The notes under the pieces were generated by a model. That model saw only the letters and a list, made by a program, of their open reading frames with translations, ran no database searches and was not told the DNA's origin. Positions 25,751 through 38,199 of a stretch of DNA of 64,000 nt are shown here, piece after piece. Where the stretch lies: the NCBI RefSeq assembly GCF_036321535.1, contig NC_087436.1, positions 21,330,001-21,394,000 of the forward strand, written 5' to 3'. The stretch is from Camelus dromedarius (lineage: Eukaryota). The translations under genes and the position numbers were made by a program. The stretch's first letter is position 1. Each line of letters begins with the position of its first letter.

Positions 25751-26033
25751 TGCAGACGTGGAGGGCAAGCTTGTGGCTACAAGGTGGGGATGAGTGGAGA
25801 GGGATAGCGTGGGAATTCTGGATTTGCAGATATACACTACTGTATATAAACTAGATAAACAACAAGGTCCTACTGTAGAGCACAGGGAACTATATTCAAT
25901 ACCTTGTAATGGCCTATAATGGAAAAGAAGATAAAAAAGGGAATGTATAACTGAATCACTATGCTGTCCACCGGAAACTAGCCCAACATTGTAAATCGAC
26001 TATATTTCAATAAAAACAATTTTTTGAAAAATG
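25751..26033 (+). mobile_element. Young 5'-truncated L1 3' UTR with TSD, inside an L2 fragment
   Basis: gcacagggaactatattcaatacc...actgaatcactatgctgt...ttcaataaaa; TSD caaagagtctt at 25740-25750 and 26034-26044. Confidence 0.9.
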
Positions 26034-26739
26034 CAAAGAGTCTTACTTGGCCATAAAATAGGAGGATCTACCCACTGGGAGGAGAGTGGGTGGATGAGGA
26101 AAGATGCCTGCAGAACAGACTTTAAACTGAGATCTTCAGGTTGAGTAAAAATGGCCTGGCCAAGTAGTGAAGAAGAGTCCTCAGGCTGAAAGGAACTCCT
26201 GAGGACCTGAATCAAGGCAGCAGGGAGGCAAGTGAGAGGGACATTGGGTGGGGTGAGGTGACAGGGGCAGGAAGGGGACAGATTGTACAGATGCTTGGAG
26301 ACCATCCTATAGTTTAGATTCTTCCTCAGAGCAAATGACTTTGTCTTCTCCCATGACCTTCGAATCACCTCAGACAGTGGCCCCCCCGTGGACTTTGTCA
26401 TTCACCTCCCGCAGCCCACTTTAACCACTGTCTTCCAGCTTGATCCTTCAAGGTGTTCCTGTATGATCTTCTTAATTCTTCCACGGCTTTCTAGCCTGTT
26501 AACCCCTCTGCTCTCTCATGGTCCTCAGCCCTCTCCATCTTCACTTCCCCCCTTATCCAGTTTGAACTTTGTGGTCCACATTTTCAATAACATGCTTCCA
26601 ACTCACAAAACCCCAACTCTGGGTGAACCCAGAGTTCTGTACCCAAACAGCCAAGCACTATCAGAGCAAGTTACACCGCAGAATGACTGACATCACTATA
26701 AATTCAAATTCAGTAACCTCAAATAGATCCCCAACCATT

Positions 26740-27078
26740 GGGGCAGATCTTGGTTTTCTGGAACCTGAAACGTAAACAGTCTCAAGAGTCATTTTTCAAA
26801 GAAAAGAATATACAATTACAAATACCAAATTAGGATGAATTTGTATTTAGAATGAGGAAATGAATAAGAAAGAAATTACTGGTGCCTAGGAGATACAGAG
26901 ACCTTTCTTTTGAGATCTCTATGATGATTTACCAGAATCCTTACATGGATATGCTTCTGGAGGACTTGCCCTCCCGCTTGGGATACCCTTCGGCTCCCAG
27001 CAGCTCCCTACTCGGGTGGGGGCTTGCGCAGTGAGCAGCCTTGAGCTGAAGCTCTGGTAGCTTCATGGTTCTCTCTGT
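26740..27078. mobile_element. MER53-related hAT element
   Basis: Begins ggggcagatcttggttttctggaacctgaa and ends gctgaagctctggtagcttcatgg, resembling MER53 termini with a longer interior. Confidence 0.55.
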
Positions 27079-27142
27079 TACCTGCCAATCCCACTTCCTT
27101 TATCTGGACAGTTCACTAGCCTGCTCTCTAGAATATTCTTTC

Positions 27143-27597
27143 TTTTTTTTTACTAACAGCTTTATTGAGATGTAAGTCACATACCATAAAATTCACATTT
27201 TTAAAGTGTATAATTCAGTGGTTTTTAGTATATTCACAAAATTCTTCAACCTCACCACTACTTAATTTCGGACTATTTCATCACCCCAAAAAGAAATCCT
27301 ATTCCACCTCTCCCCGCATCCTTGACAACCATTAATCTTTCTGTTTCCATGGATTTGCCTCTTTTGAACAATTCATATAAATGGAATCATATATGACCTT
27401 TTGTGATTAGTTTCTTTCACTTAGCATAATGTTGTCAAGGTTTGTCCATGCTGTAGCATACCTCAATACTTCATTCCTCTATATTGTTAAATGCTTTTCC
27501 ATTATATGGATATATCACATGTTGTTTTTCCACTTATCAGAGGATGGACATTTGGATGGTTTCTACTTTTTGGCTATTATGAATAATGCTTGCAATA
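27143..27597 (-). mobile_element. Old L1M (L1MB-like) 3' end
   Basis: cagctttattgagat...tttcatcaccccaaaaagaaa...gatggacatttgg...ttggctattatgaataatgct. Confidence 0.85.
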
Positions 27598-29242
27598 ACT
27601 CTTAAACTATCTTCAGAGATCTCAAATGTCCCAATCTTCCACCTTCCCTATCAGCCAAAGATCTTACAGTTTTATCAGACAACCAAGTGCTCAGATGGAA
27701 ACTCCTTCAACCACTGGCCATCAAACATGCAAACCTACATACCATCTTCACTCCTGCTACTCCCTCCTTCCTGTGGCAAATCCAGGGCATTGCTTTCCTC
27801 TTATGAAAGGTCAGTCCTTCCATTTATGCTTTGGATTTCATCCCATTGCACCTTTTCAAGAACATCACCCTCTAAATGATCTCTTCTCTCTGTAACTAAA
27901 TACTTTACTGTCAATGTCAGTTGTTTCTATTGCTGTATGTGTGTTGCAATAAAACTTTATTTAAAAAAAAAGAGAGGTGAGCCAGAGTTAGCCAAAGCGC
28001 CATAATTTGCCAAATTTTGCATTCTACCACTCTGATCTGATTGGGTGTACATTCACTTACATACATACACACACCCCACTCTTTTTTAAATGGACGTGAA
28101 CCAATACCATGATGCCTTTTAAAATGGCTATTATGAGAGGAGTCTTAGATGAAATTGCCAATAACACGTAGTTTCAGATTATTTAATTCTTCCCTTATGT
28201 TAGGACTATTCCTCTGAATAAACTGCCGTGTAATTAAAATGAAAGTTGCATTGTTTGTGACAAAAGCGTGGTGGGCAGCGGATGACAGTTCTCTTCAGTT
28301 TTAACTGAAACCTGAGTTAAATTATCCATCACATTTTAAATATACTCACATGTCTTCTGTTAAAACAATGTAAAAAAAAATCCTCTACATCTTATATTTC
28401 TTTTTAGCTACTGTTTTTTTAACCAGCTTTTCTCTCCTCTCTCACAGCCAGACTTCTATTAAGTGTTGCTGTAGTTTCTCTCTCTAGTTCTTCGTCTTCC
28501 ACCTCTCCTCATCCTGCTTCCTTCTGGCTACCATCCAAATTTCTCTCTTCTGTTTGCAAAGGTCACTAATGACCCCCACATCACTAGCATGTTCAGTCTT
28601 TGTATTTCTCCATCACTCCTTCCTAAGACACTCAGTACCCTGGGTCTCTGAGACATCGCAGATTTGAACCTTCCTCTCTCCTTGCCGCACTTACATTTCT
28701 TTGCAGGCTCTTCCTTGCCCATGGCATTCTGAAGTCTAGGCCACCTCGCTTCTCACCCTATACTCTCACGTGGGCTGGTGTTTGTGTCTTTATCTATACA
28801 CAGACCCTTCACAAATTCCCACCCCCAGCCCAGTTCTCTTTTCTGAACAACCAACCTGTAAATATAGCTGCCTTCTTTATGTGCCATTGAGCAAAATCGG
28901 AATCATGACCTACTCCTCAGCTCTCACCAACACTCCAGTTTCTCTTTTCTTTCTCTTGGTCATTCTTTCCATCTTCCCCTCTCCTCTTCCATCACCAGCC
29001 CACTACCACATGTAGATGAGCTTGCCTGTGGGATATTTTTCCATTTCATCTATTTCTATGCTACCCCTCGTTTCCTAGCTACTTCATCTCCCACTTGGAT
29101 TTTTGGTCATATGCTTGATGTAGCAACATCCTCTTTCTCCTGATCCATAGATTCTCTACTTTTCAGCCAGAGTAATTGTTTTAAAGCTCAAATATAATCA
29201 CTTCAATTGCTGCCCATTGAGCATACAATAAAAAACAAAAAA

Positions 29243-29425
29243 TTTTTTTAATATATTTTTAATGCAGTATAGTCAGTTCACAATGTGTGTCAATTTCTAG
29301 TGTACAGCACAATGCTTCAGTCATATAGGAACATACATATATTCATTTTCATAATAAGTTGTAAGATATTAATGTAGTTCCCTGTGCTATAAAGTATAAA
29401 CTTGTTGTTTATCTATTTTGTACAT
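29243..29425 (-). mobile_element. Young L1 3' end
   Basis: agtatagtcagtt...gtgtacagcacaatg...agttccctgtgctat is the reverse complement of the L1 tail at 40260-40440. Confidence 0.85.
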
Positions 29426-29763
29426 ATTCTAAACACAGCCTCCAGGCTGTGCATGGCCTCTCCCCTATGCAGCTACCTGGCCTCATCTGGACCACTCTCA
29501 TGTGTCCTGTGCTCAGTCACTCAGGCCTTCTTCTGGTTCCTCATACATGCTCTTCTTCCTTTCCACTATGTGGCCTCTGTTCTCACTGTTCCCCTTGTGT
29601 GACTTTTATTTAGTTTTACTGGGGCTAGTTAATTCCTGCTCACCCTCAGATCTCAGGGCACTCATCTCTCCCTCAGGAAAACTTTCCTTATACCTCCGTT
29701 GAATCGTATTTCCCACTCTATCCTCTTACTGTCGTATTATCCTCTACAGGAACATATGTCATA

Positions 29764-29858
29764 GGGGTGAGTATAGCTCAGTGGTAGAGCACATGCCTAG
29801 TGCCCACAAGGTCCTGTGTTCGATCCCCCGTGCCCCATTAAGAAATAATAGTAATAAA
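29764..29858 (+). mobile_element. tRNA-Ala-derived SINE (Vic-1-like)
   Basis: ggggtgagtatagctcagtggtagagcacatgcctag...gttcgatccccc followed by an A-rich tail. Confidence 0.88.
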
Positions 29859-30156
29859 CTCTTTAAATATATATGTATATCTCATAGTTGTTGTTTTACA
29901 TCCTTTTGTGTGATTATTTTAGACATTGACTTCTCTCACTAGATAATGGACTCCGTGGGGGGAAAGGATCATGTCTGTTTTGTTTATTCAGTTTATTTGT
30001 ACCCCTAACACCTACCGGGGTACCTGGCATTATAATAAGTTCTTAACACACATTTGTGGGAATGAGTGAAGGAAGAAAAGGGCTTTGATCATGTGGTGAG
30101 TGACCCGAATGTTTGCTTGCTGCTGAGATGGTGCAGGAGTCAAGGTGTTTGGGTAT

Positions 30157-30519
30157 TGCTATGGTCTGAATGTTTCTGTCCCCTCAAAATTCATATGTTG
30201 AAATCCTAACCTCCCAAGGTATTAAGAGGTGGGGCTTTGGGGTGATGATTAGGTCATAAGGACGGAGCCCTCATGAGTGGGATGAGTGACCTTGTACAAG
30301 AGATGGAGAAAGTTCCCTTCCCTCCGGTCCACCATGTGAGGACGCAGCAAGAAGCTGCCAGCTGTGAACCAGAAACTGGGCCCTCTCCAGACACCGAATC
30401 TGCTGGCGTCTTGATATTGGGCTCCCCAGCCTCCAGAACTGTGCGAAATAAATTTCCGTTATTTATAAGTTACCCAGTTTAAGGTAATTTTTTTATGGCA
30501 GCCCACATGGACTAAGACA
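30157..30519 (+). mobile_element. MLT1A-like solo LTR (ERVL-MaLR)
   Basis: TG...CA termini (tgctatggtctgaatgt...ggactaagaca); ccagcctccagaactgtg-aaataaattt motif; about 360 bp. Confidence 0.88.
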
Positions 30520-31289
30520 AGTAGGAATTGTCTCCTGAATAACCAGACTCCCAAAAGTGACAAACCGTGCTTTGTAATATTGTCCAAAGGTGGGACTGTT
30601 TTCTTTTTAAAATTTTCTGTTTATCATATGTGTATTTAATTATTTCTCTATAACAAAATGTATTCCTTTAGTAATAGGAAATTTTAATGTTACGTTTTAA
30701 AAAACAAAAGCAATGTAATATTTTAAAATTAATAAATAACTTAAACGTAAACTTTTAATATTGAAATTTTCACACCTCTAAATGTTTCTAAGGAAGTTGT
30801 GTTTAAATAACCTTGGAATGAAAATATTCTTGGAGTAAGATTTATATAGATGTAGTGAGAAGACGGTCTTTTGACAAAAGAATAAAATATTGTTTGTTTT
30901 TAGACTATTTCAATTATAATTATTAGGGGTTATGATAACTTTAAACAGATTATGATAACACTCCCTGAACTGCATAATTTTGTTTCTAACTTATTATATC
31001 AAAACTTAGGTTACTTATTGGGTAAAAGAGTTTTTGTGTTGTAAAATATAAACTAAAATCCTTTAGTGATTTTGATATAAAAACTTTATATATAATAGTA
31101 TTAGAGTTATTTAATATAATAATTACATTTACACACTTGGGTGAGTTCAAACTGTGTTTTGGATGAGCAACAATAGTCTACTAAGTTAACACATATATAC
31201 TTCAATTAAGGAAATCTGAAGTTTTTTTTAAAACTGAACATTATAAAATGACTGCTTTATCAGACTAAGGTTAAAACTGTATGTATGTA

Positions 31290-31772
31290 CAGACAGCCAA
31301 GAAACAGACCCACACATGTTTGGTCATTAAATTGTGACAAAGTTGACACTGAAGTACAGCGGGAAAATGAGAGACTTTTCAGTAAGTGGTGCTGGGTCAA
31401 TTGGATATTCATATTAAAAAAAAAAAAAGAATTTTGGTTCCTGTATCACAACATACACAAAAACCAATGCCAAATGGATTGTAGGCTTTCAAATTAAATT
31501 TAAAAACGAACATTTCTAAACAAAAACATAGAAAACTATCTTAACTTTGGGAAGGTAAACAGACACAGAAAGCACTAACCCTAAAATTTTAAGAGATATA
31601 TTAGACAGCATTAAAATTGACAACATCTCCTCATCAAAAATCATATTTAAAAGAATACAAAAACAAGTCATAGAGTGGAAGAAGATATGTTAATTTCTGT
31701 ATTTGTCAAAGGGCTTGCAGTCGGAATATATGAATACTCCTAGAATCAGTAAGAAGATGATAGACAGCCCAA
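31290..31772 (+). mobile_element. Old L1 ORF2 fragment (host element, resumes about 35076-35290)
   Basis: gaaacagacccacac...tggtgctgggtcaattggatattc...cattaaaatt L1 ORF2 motifs; continues after the nested element. Confidence 0.7.
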
Positions 31773-34700
31773 GACTTCAGCTTTCAAACTAGATGGAGTA
31801 AAAGACAATAGAGTTACCTACCAAACTGAACAACTTCTTTTAAAAAAGGACAAAATATTTGAAACAACAATTTTCAAGACATTGGACAACAAGAATGAAA
31901 GGCAGTGAAACCTGGAGGCAGGAAATAAACCAGGTGAGCGCTGCAAATGGCTCGTTGCCTGCAGAGACTCTCTGGGGCACAGCGCAGGAGTCTGCAGTTC
32001 TCTCTGAGTTGAGAAGATGGATCTGGGAATTCGGGGAGGCTAATGCACTTAGAGGTCGCAGGACACAATACCAAACAGGAAAGAACTGCACAGAGGTGGA
32101 GCGCTGGAGATCCTCACTCAGATGGTTCCCTCAAGTCTTCAGCCAAACACCGATCGGCAGATGCAGGTGAAGAAACTGCCTGATGCTAAGGAAAGAGCCA
32201 CTGGAAAGGACTACAGGGGAAATCACATAGGGTGGAAATAGTTCCTGTTCTCCCACCCAGGGTGAAAACCGTCATAATTCACAAAGCACTGGAGAGTACT
32301 CTGAAGGATTTTGTCTCAGTAGTGGGGCAAAATTAGCCCTGGACTAAATGCTGCTGTGAATCTGCCTAAGAAAACGTAATAGCTAGATCCTATAGGATCA
32401 AACTGTTCCCAAGAAACTTAACTGTGTCCTAAATCAGAGCTCAATATGTTTATACGAAAACAAAAACATCTAACACTCGACTCATTTTCTACACCTACCC
32501 AGTTTTCTCAATTTCCAACTTGTACCAGTATTTAATACTCTTTTTTAAATGTCTTTTTATAGATTTTCCAAAATTTCAATGTACAGAAATTTTGACTCAT
32601 GTTGCCAAAATGGTCTTCAGAATTCCCTAACACTTGTTTTGAGTTCGTACTCCTAAAAGGATGCAAGTTGATAAACTTATGCTGAGAGTGATTAAGGGCA
32701 GTTTGACTTCCTCAGAGGTATTTTTTTTATTGGCGTATGGTTGATACAAACACTCTTTTAATCTGCTAAAATGTTAACTGATTGCTCTCTTAAATCTAAA
32801 GATTATATAGCTTTAGTATAAATATATATCATAGATTTTTGTAAAATTTTGACAAAACCTAATTAGCATGCCTTAAGTCCATGCTTCTTCCAATGTTTAT
32901 AAAATCTGATTTAATAATCAAAAGCTCTTGACTTGGTATTGATCAGAGATTACAAAGAAGCTGGTAAATATGACCCCAGATGAGGAGAAAAATCAACTGA
33001 AGCCAAACCAGAAGTGATATGGTAAAATTAGTTGACAAAATAGAACAGTTGTTACAGCTATATCCCGTATGTTCAGTGAGCTAGAGGAATGATTTAACAT
33101 GTTAAGTAGAGACATGGAAGATATTATAAAGACCGAAATCAAACTTCTAGAGATGAAAAATACAATGACTGAAATGAAAAATGTACTGCATACAATTAAT
33201 AGCAATTTAGACATTGCAGAAAAAAGTTTAGTGAATTTGAACATGTAGCAATATGAAACAGAGAGAAAAAAAAGATTGAAAAAAATGAACAGAGCATCAG
33301 TGAAAATGGGACCAGTTCTAATGGGCTATATACATGTAATTGGAATCTCCAAGGTGGAGGGCACAGAGAAATAATTGAAAAGATAATGGGGAGAAAATTA
33401 TCCAAATTTGTTCCAACTGTAAATCCACAGAGTCAAGACAGTATCACTGAGAAAAATTAAAGAATACCTAAGTAAGATATACTGAGTTCATGAATCAAAA
33501 GACAATATTATTAAGTTGTCAGTTTTCCCCCGAAATGATCTGTAAACACAATCCCAATAAATACCCTAGCAAGCTTTTTTTTTCTGTTTTGGCAAAATTG
33601 ATAAGCTGATTCTAAAATTCACATGGAAATACAAAGTACCTAGAATAGCTAAAACAACTTTGGAAAAGAACAAAGTTAGAGAACTTACATCACCTGACTT
33701 CAAGACATATAAACCCACTGTAATAAAGACAGTGTAGTATTGGCATCAAGATGAATAAATGGATTAAGGAACAGAATGGAGAGTCCAGAAATAGACCCAC
33801 ACATATATGGTCAATTGATCTTTGACAGAGGTGCACAGGCAATTCAAAGAAGAAAGGATAGTCTTTTCAATAATTGATGCTGAAGCAATTGGATATCAAA
33901 ATGCAAAAACAACAACAACAAATTCAATCCATACCTTGCAGCACAATAGATTATAGTTGTAAAAGTAAAACCTGCTAAAAAGAAAACTTCTGGGAGAAAG
34001 CATAGGAGAAAATCTGTGTGACTGAGTTATGCAAATATATCTTAGATGTGATGCCCAAAGCATGATCCATGAAAGAAAACAATGATAAATTGGACTTTTA
34101 TCAAAATTAAGAATCTCCACTCTTTGAAAGACACCACTGAGAGAATGAAAAGACATGCCACAAACTGGAGGAGAAAATATTCACAAATCACATATTTGAT
34201 AAAAGACTTGTATCAAGAGTAAATAAAGCACTATCAAACTTAATAAGAAGAAAACAAACAACCTAATCAAAACATGGGCAAAGGATTTGTATAGACACTT
34301 AACCAAAAAAGACATAAAGATGGCAAATAAATCATATCAAAAGATGTGCACAAAATCATTAGTTGTTAAGGAAATGCAAATTAAAATCACAATGAGATCC
34401 CACTGTACACCTCTCAGAATGCCTAAAATTGAAAAGATTGATTATGTCAAGGGTTAGAAGACTGAGCAACTAAAGCTCTCATACACTGCTGTGAAAATGT
34501 AAAATCAAAGGCATTTTGGCAGTTTCTTATAAAGTTAAACATACATATAATATATGACCCAGACATTCCACTCCTAAATATCTACCCAAGATAAATGAAA
34601 GCATATGTTCACTCAAAGAGTTGTGCACAAATGTTCTTGGTCCCTTTATTTTAAATAACACCAAACTAGTAACAACTCAGATGCCCATCAACAGGTTAAC

Positions 34701-35061
34701 AGATAAAGAAAGTGTAGCATAGCCATACAATGGGTTACTACTCAGCACTAAAGAGGAATGAACTAGTGATACATGTAATGACATGGATGAATCTCAAAAT
34801 AATTATTCTGAGTGAAAGAAGCCAGAGAAAAATGAAAATATACCATGTCATTCCATTTATATAAAATGCTAGAAATATAAACAAATTGATAATGACAGAA
34901 GGTGGATCCGTGGTTAGTGGGGGCTGGGAGGGATTAATTTTGGTGATGGTTGCATGGTTTGTACATATACAGTTTATCAAAGTGTGCACTTTAAATATGT
35001 AACACTTTATTGCATGTGAATTATTCCTCAACAAAGTTGCTTTAAAAATGAAACAAAACAA
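31773..35061 (+). mobile_element. Nested L1MC/MD-like LINE with 5' UTR, partial ORF1, ORF2 3' half and 3' UTR
   Basis: 5' end gacttc...agatggagtaa; ORF1-like segment 32955-33440; ORF2 motifs 33445-34860; terminus tgtgaattattcctcaacaaagttg; degenerate TSD. Confidence 0.8.
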
Positions 35062-35559
35062 GATAACCAACCCAATAGGAAAAACAGCCAAAGATGCTAA
35101 ATTTAGGCAAAGCTAATCTATGGAAGTCAGAAGAACATATGTGGGCATGGGGTGAATGTGGGTGGTTGGGCGGTAATGTTGATTTCTTGGTCTGGGTGCT
35201 GGTTATAGGGTGTGTTTACTTTTGGAAGTTCATCCAGCTGAACACGTGATTTGTGCACACGTCTGTCTTTATGTTATACTTCAATTTTTAAAACAGCTTA
35301 TTTATTAGAAAAAGCAATTATATATACATCTGTGATCATGGTGCAGAATTTCTGTGACATGTTGTAGCTCTGTTTCAAGGGAAAGTCTCAGCCACTCTTA
35401 TTCTAGGAGATGAATCCTCTTACTGTGCTTTTCCAGGTGGTAGAAAATTTTCCTCAGAAGTTTCTCAGAAAGCTGTTTATTATTTTTATAAGTGAGAAAT
35501 GTGCCTATTTTAGCTTCAAAGAAATCAGCAGCTTCTTCCAGACAGGAAATTGCTGGGGA

Positions 35560-36112
35560 AATGAAATTAGATTGTTCAGAATGTTAATGCAGTTAGATTC
35601 CAGTGGGGTGGAGCCTCGGCACGCTAGCCAATTTGGCTGTTCAGCTCATGTGCTTCTTCTCTGCAAACTGCCTCCCTTCCCAAGCCCACCAGGGTGGATT
35701 CTTTGGTCATGGTTGCACTCTGATGCTCTTGCCTCCGGTGACAGCTGATGGTACCACTTGACATAATGGAAAACAAGTGATCAGCTGTGCCAAGCCAATC
35801 AGATTCACTCTTGAAGAATTTGGATTCGAGACAGAGACTTTAATGAATTAGTGATGGGCCCTAGAGCTGGGAGGTCTTGTAGCGGTCCAGTAAAGGGAAA
35901 TGAGATGTCTGCTGAGGGAAAGTGAGATTAAATCTCATGAAGTACCAGAAAGGCAGAGACAATCCTGGTTTCAGCTTCTCAAGGGGCCACCCTGGAGTTC
36001 TTGTCCTTGCGATCCGTGAGATTCCATGCATTAAATTAAAACCTTCCTTTTTATTTAATGTAACCTGAGTGGTTTCTCTTCCTTGCATCAAAGTGATTCC
36101 TGTCTAAGATAC
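35560..36112 (+). mobile_element. Old MLT1-like LTR
   Basis: caagccaatcagatt core and terminus gagtggtttctcttccttgcatcaaag...ctaagatac. Confidence 0.55.
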
Positions 36113-36408
36113 TTGGCAAGTCATCTCAGTAAGTAAAACCTGGGTTCTAGTGGCAGAAGGGAAGAGTCCTACCATGTAGAGTCTTAGATTTGTAGTGAAA
36201 CTTCAGAGTTGTCCACGCTTCTCCCCCATATCAGGAATTCCTTCTAGAAGAGAGCCACTCTGTCTCTGCTTGACCACTTCACCTTGTTTCCCTCCTTCCC
36301 TCCTTCCTTCCCTCCCTTCCTCCAACAAATATCTAATGAGTGTCCACTATTAGGCAGGCACTGTTCTGGGTGCTTACGATTAAGCAAATCATTGCAGAAA
36401 ATAGAAGA

Positions 36409-36469
36409 ACATTATGCTGTACACCAGAAATTGATAAAGCATTGTAAACTGACTATACTTCAATAAAAA
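36409..36469 (+). mobile_element. Ultra-short (~60 bp) L1 3' end with TSD
   Basis: acattatgctgtacaccagaaattga...tatacttcaataaaa; TSD aaaatagaaga at 36398-36408 and 36470-36480. Confidence 0.88.
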
Positions 36470-36572
36470 AAAATAGAAGAGACAAAATCCTCTGTTTTCA
36501 TGGAGCTTATACTCAAGTGAGGAGAAACATTTTAGAAGGCAACAGTCCTATGAGAAAAAGAAAGTGAGTAGG

Positions 36573-36787
36573 TCTATTGTGTTTGTATGTGTGCGTGTGT
36601 GTGTGTGTATGTATATATACATACACACACACACACCACATCTTCAGTATCTTACAATAACCTATAATGGAAGAGAACCTGAAAAAAAAATATATACATC
36701 TGAATCACTATGCTGTACACCTGAAACTAACACAAAATTGTAAATCAACCATACTTCAATTAAAAATAGATTAATTAATTTTTTTTC
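36573..36787 (+). mobile_element. 5'-inverted L1 3' end with 16-bp TSD
   Basis: TSD aaagaaagtgagtagg at 36557-36572 and 36788-36803; 36573-36645 is antisense L1 (attgtgt...ccacatcttc) and about 36643-36787 is the sense L1 tail. Confidence 0.8.
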
Positions 36788-36860
36788 AAAGAAAGTGAGT
36801 AGGGTAAGGGCCATGGAGAGTAACAGTGGTGATGGGATATGCAATTTAAAACAGAGTGGG

Positions 36861-37296
36861 TGGACCTGGAGATCTTCATACTGACTGAAGTAAGCCAGAA
36901 AAATACCATATGATATCACCTGTATGTGGAATCTAAAAAAAAAGGAAAAAAAACACACAAATAAACTTACTTACAAAACAGAGACAGACTCACAGACACA
37001 GAAAACAAACTTATGGTTACTGGGGGAAAGAGGATGGGGAGGGATAAATTGGGAGTACGGGATTTAAAAACACTAACTACTGTATATAAAATAGATAAAG
37101 AACATGGCCCTACATTATAGCCATTATAGCACTGGGAACCATATTCAATACCTTGTAATGGCCTACAATGAAAAAGAATATGTAAAGGAATATAAGTGTA
37201 TCAACTGAGTCACTGTGCTGTACACCAGAAATTAACACAACATTCTACATTGACTATACTTCAATAAAAAATTTTAATTTAATTTAAAAGAAATAA
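36861..37296 (+). mobile_element. Young L1 3' end with 13-bp TSD
   Basis: Starts tggacctggagatc (ORF2 end); TSD aaaacagagtggg at 36848-36860 and 37297-37309; target TT/AAAA. Confidence 0.92.
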
Positions 37297-38199
37297 AAAA
37301 CAGAGTGGGCCTCACTGAGAACATACAGTTTGCAGAGACTTAAGGGGGTGATGAAATTTAAGGAATGGAGGAATCAGAATGAGCTGGAGGAGCAGTTGTA
37401 GGAGATGAGGTGGGGGCACCACAGGGGCCAGGTCATATGGAGCCTTACAGGCAAATGCTGGGATTTGGGCTCTTGCTTTGAGTGGCCTGGGGAGCCATTG
37501 CTGGTTTCTGAGCAGAGAGACATACTCTGACTTATGTTTTAACGCAACGGGCTTCTGTTTCGAGAAGAGATATAGGAAGGCAAGATAGATTCAAGGACAT
37601 TGTGATTACTCTTAAGGCAGCCAGTGCCATTTAGTCAAAATCTGTATTCTTATCAAATTTTATCCACTATTCTAAACTCTGAAGCATTTTACATTTTAAT
37701 TACTTTCCTTTTTAAAAAATTATTTATCTGATTATAAAACTGACTATATATGTTCCTGGTAGGATAATTGGGAAATACACACAAAAGAATCACCCATTAC
37801 ACTACCTCCAAAGGGAACCACATTTTCATTTTTATATAGTATTCAAATCTTTTTACTGTGCATATGTTTACATATTTTTAATCCTTTTTCCCAACAATTC
37901 TTCAGCTATTTGGAGGAAGATAGTCATATTTTCTCCCTTAAGTATTTCATCTCTAGGCCAGGGTAACTTATTTTGTAATTCATGGATATATTCCAAGATT
38001 CTAGGAATCTCTTGAAAGCATAAAAAAAAATCATGTGTGTTTCTGTATAGAGGAAAATATGTTTCTCCAAGTTTTCAAAGGGGCTTAATCATAAGAAATT
38101 CAAAGGAAATTAAGAAAGTGATACAAAACTTTTAGGGTATTAGCCTGCCACAGAATGATCTCATTTATGATCCCATCCCATTCCATAGGGGTGGGTTTC

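Larger units (their letters stand above)
28330..30075 (+). mobile_element. Degenerate L2 3' region hosting a younger L1 and a SINE
   Basis: Pyrimidine-rich L2 motifs (aaggtcactaatgacc, cctggca...catttgtgggaatgagtgaa terminus). Confidence 0.65.
36285..37620 (-). mobile_element. L2 fragment interrupted by three L1 insertions
   Basis: caacaaatatctaatgagtg...aggcactgttctgggtgct...catggagcttatactc; resumes as cctcactgag...gggagccattg...tctgacttatgtttt. Confidence 0.75.
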
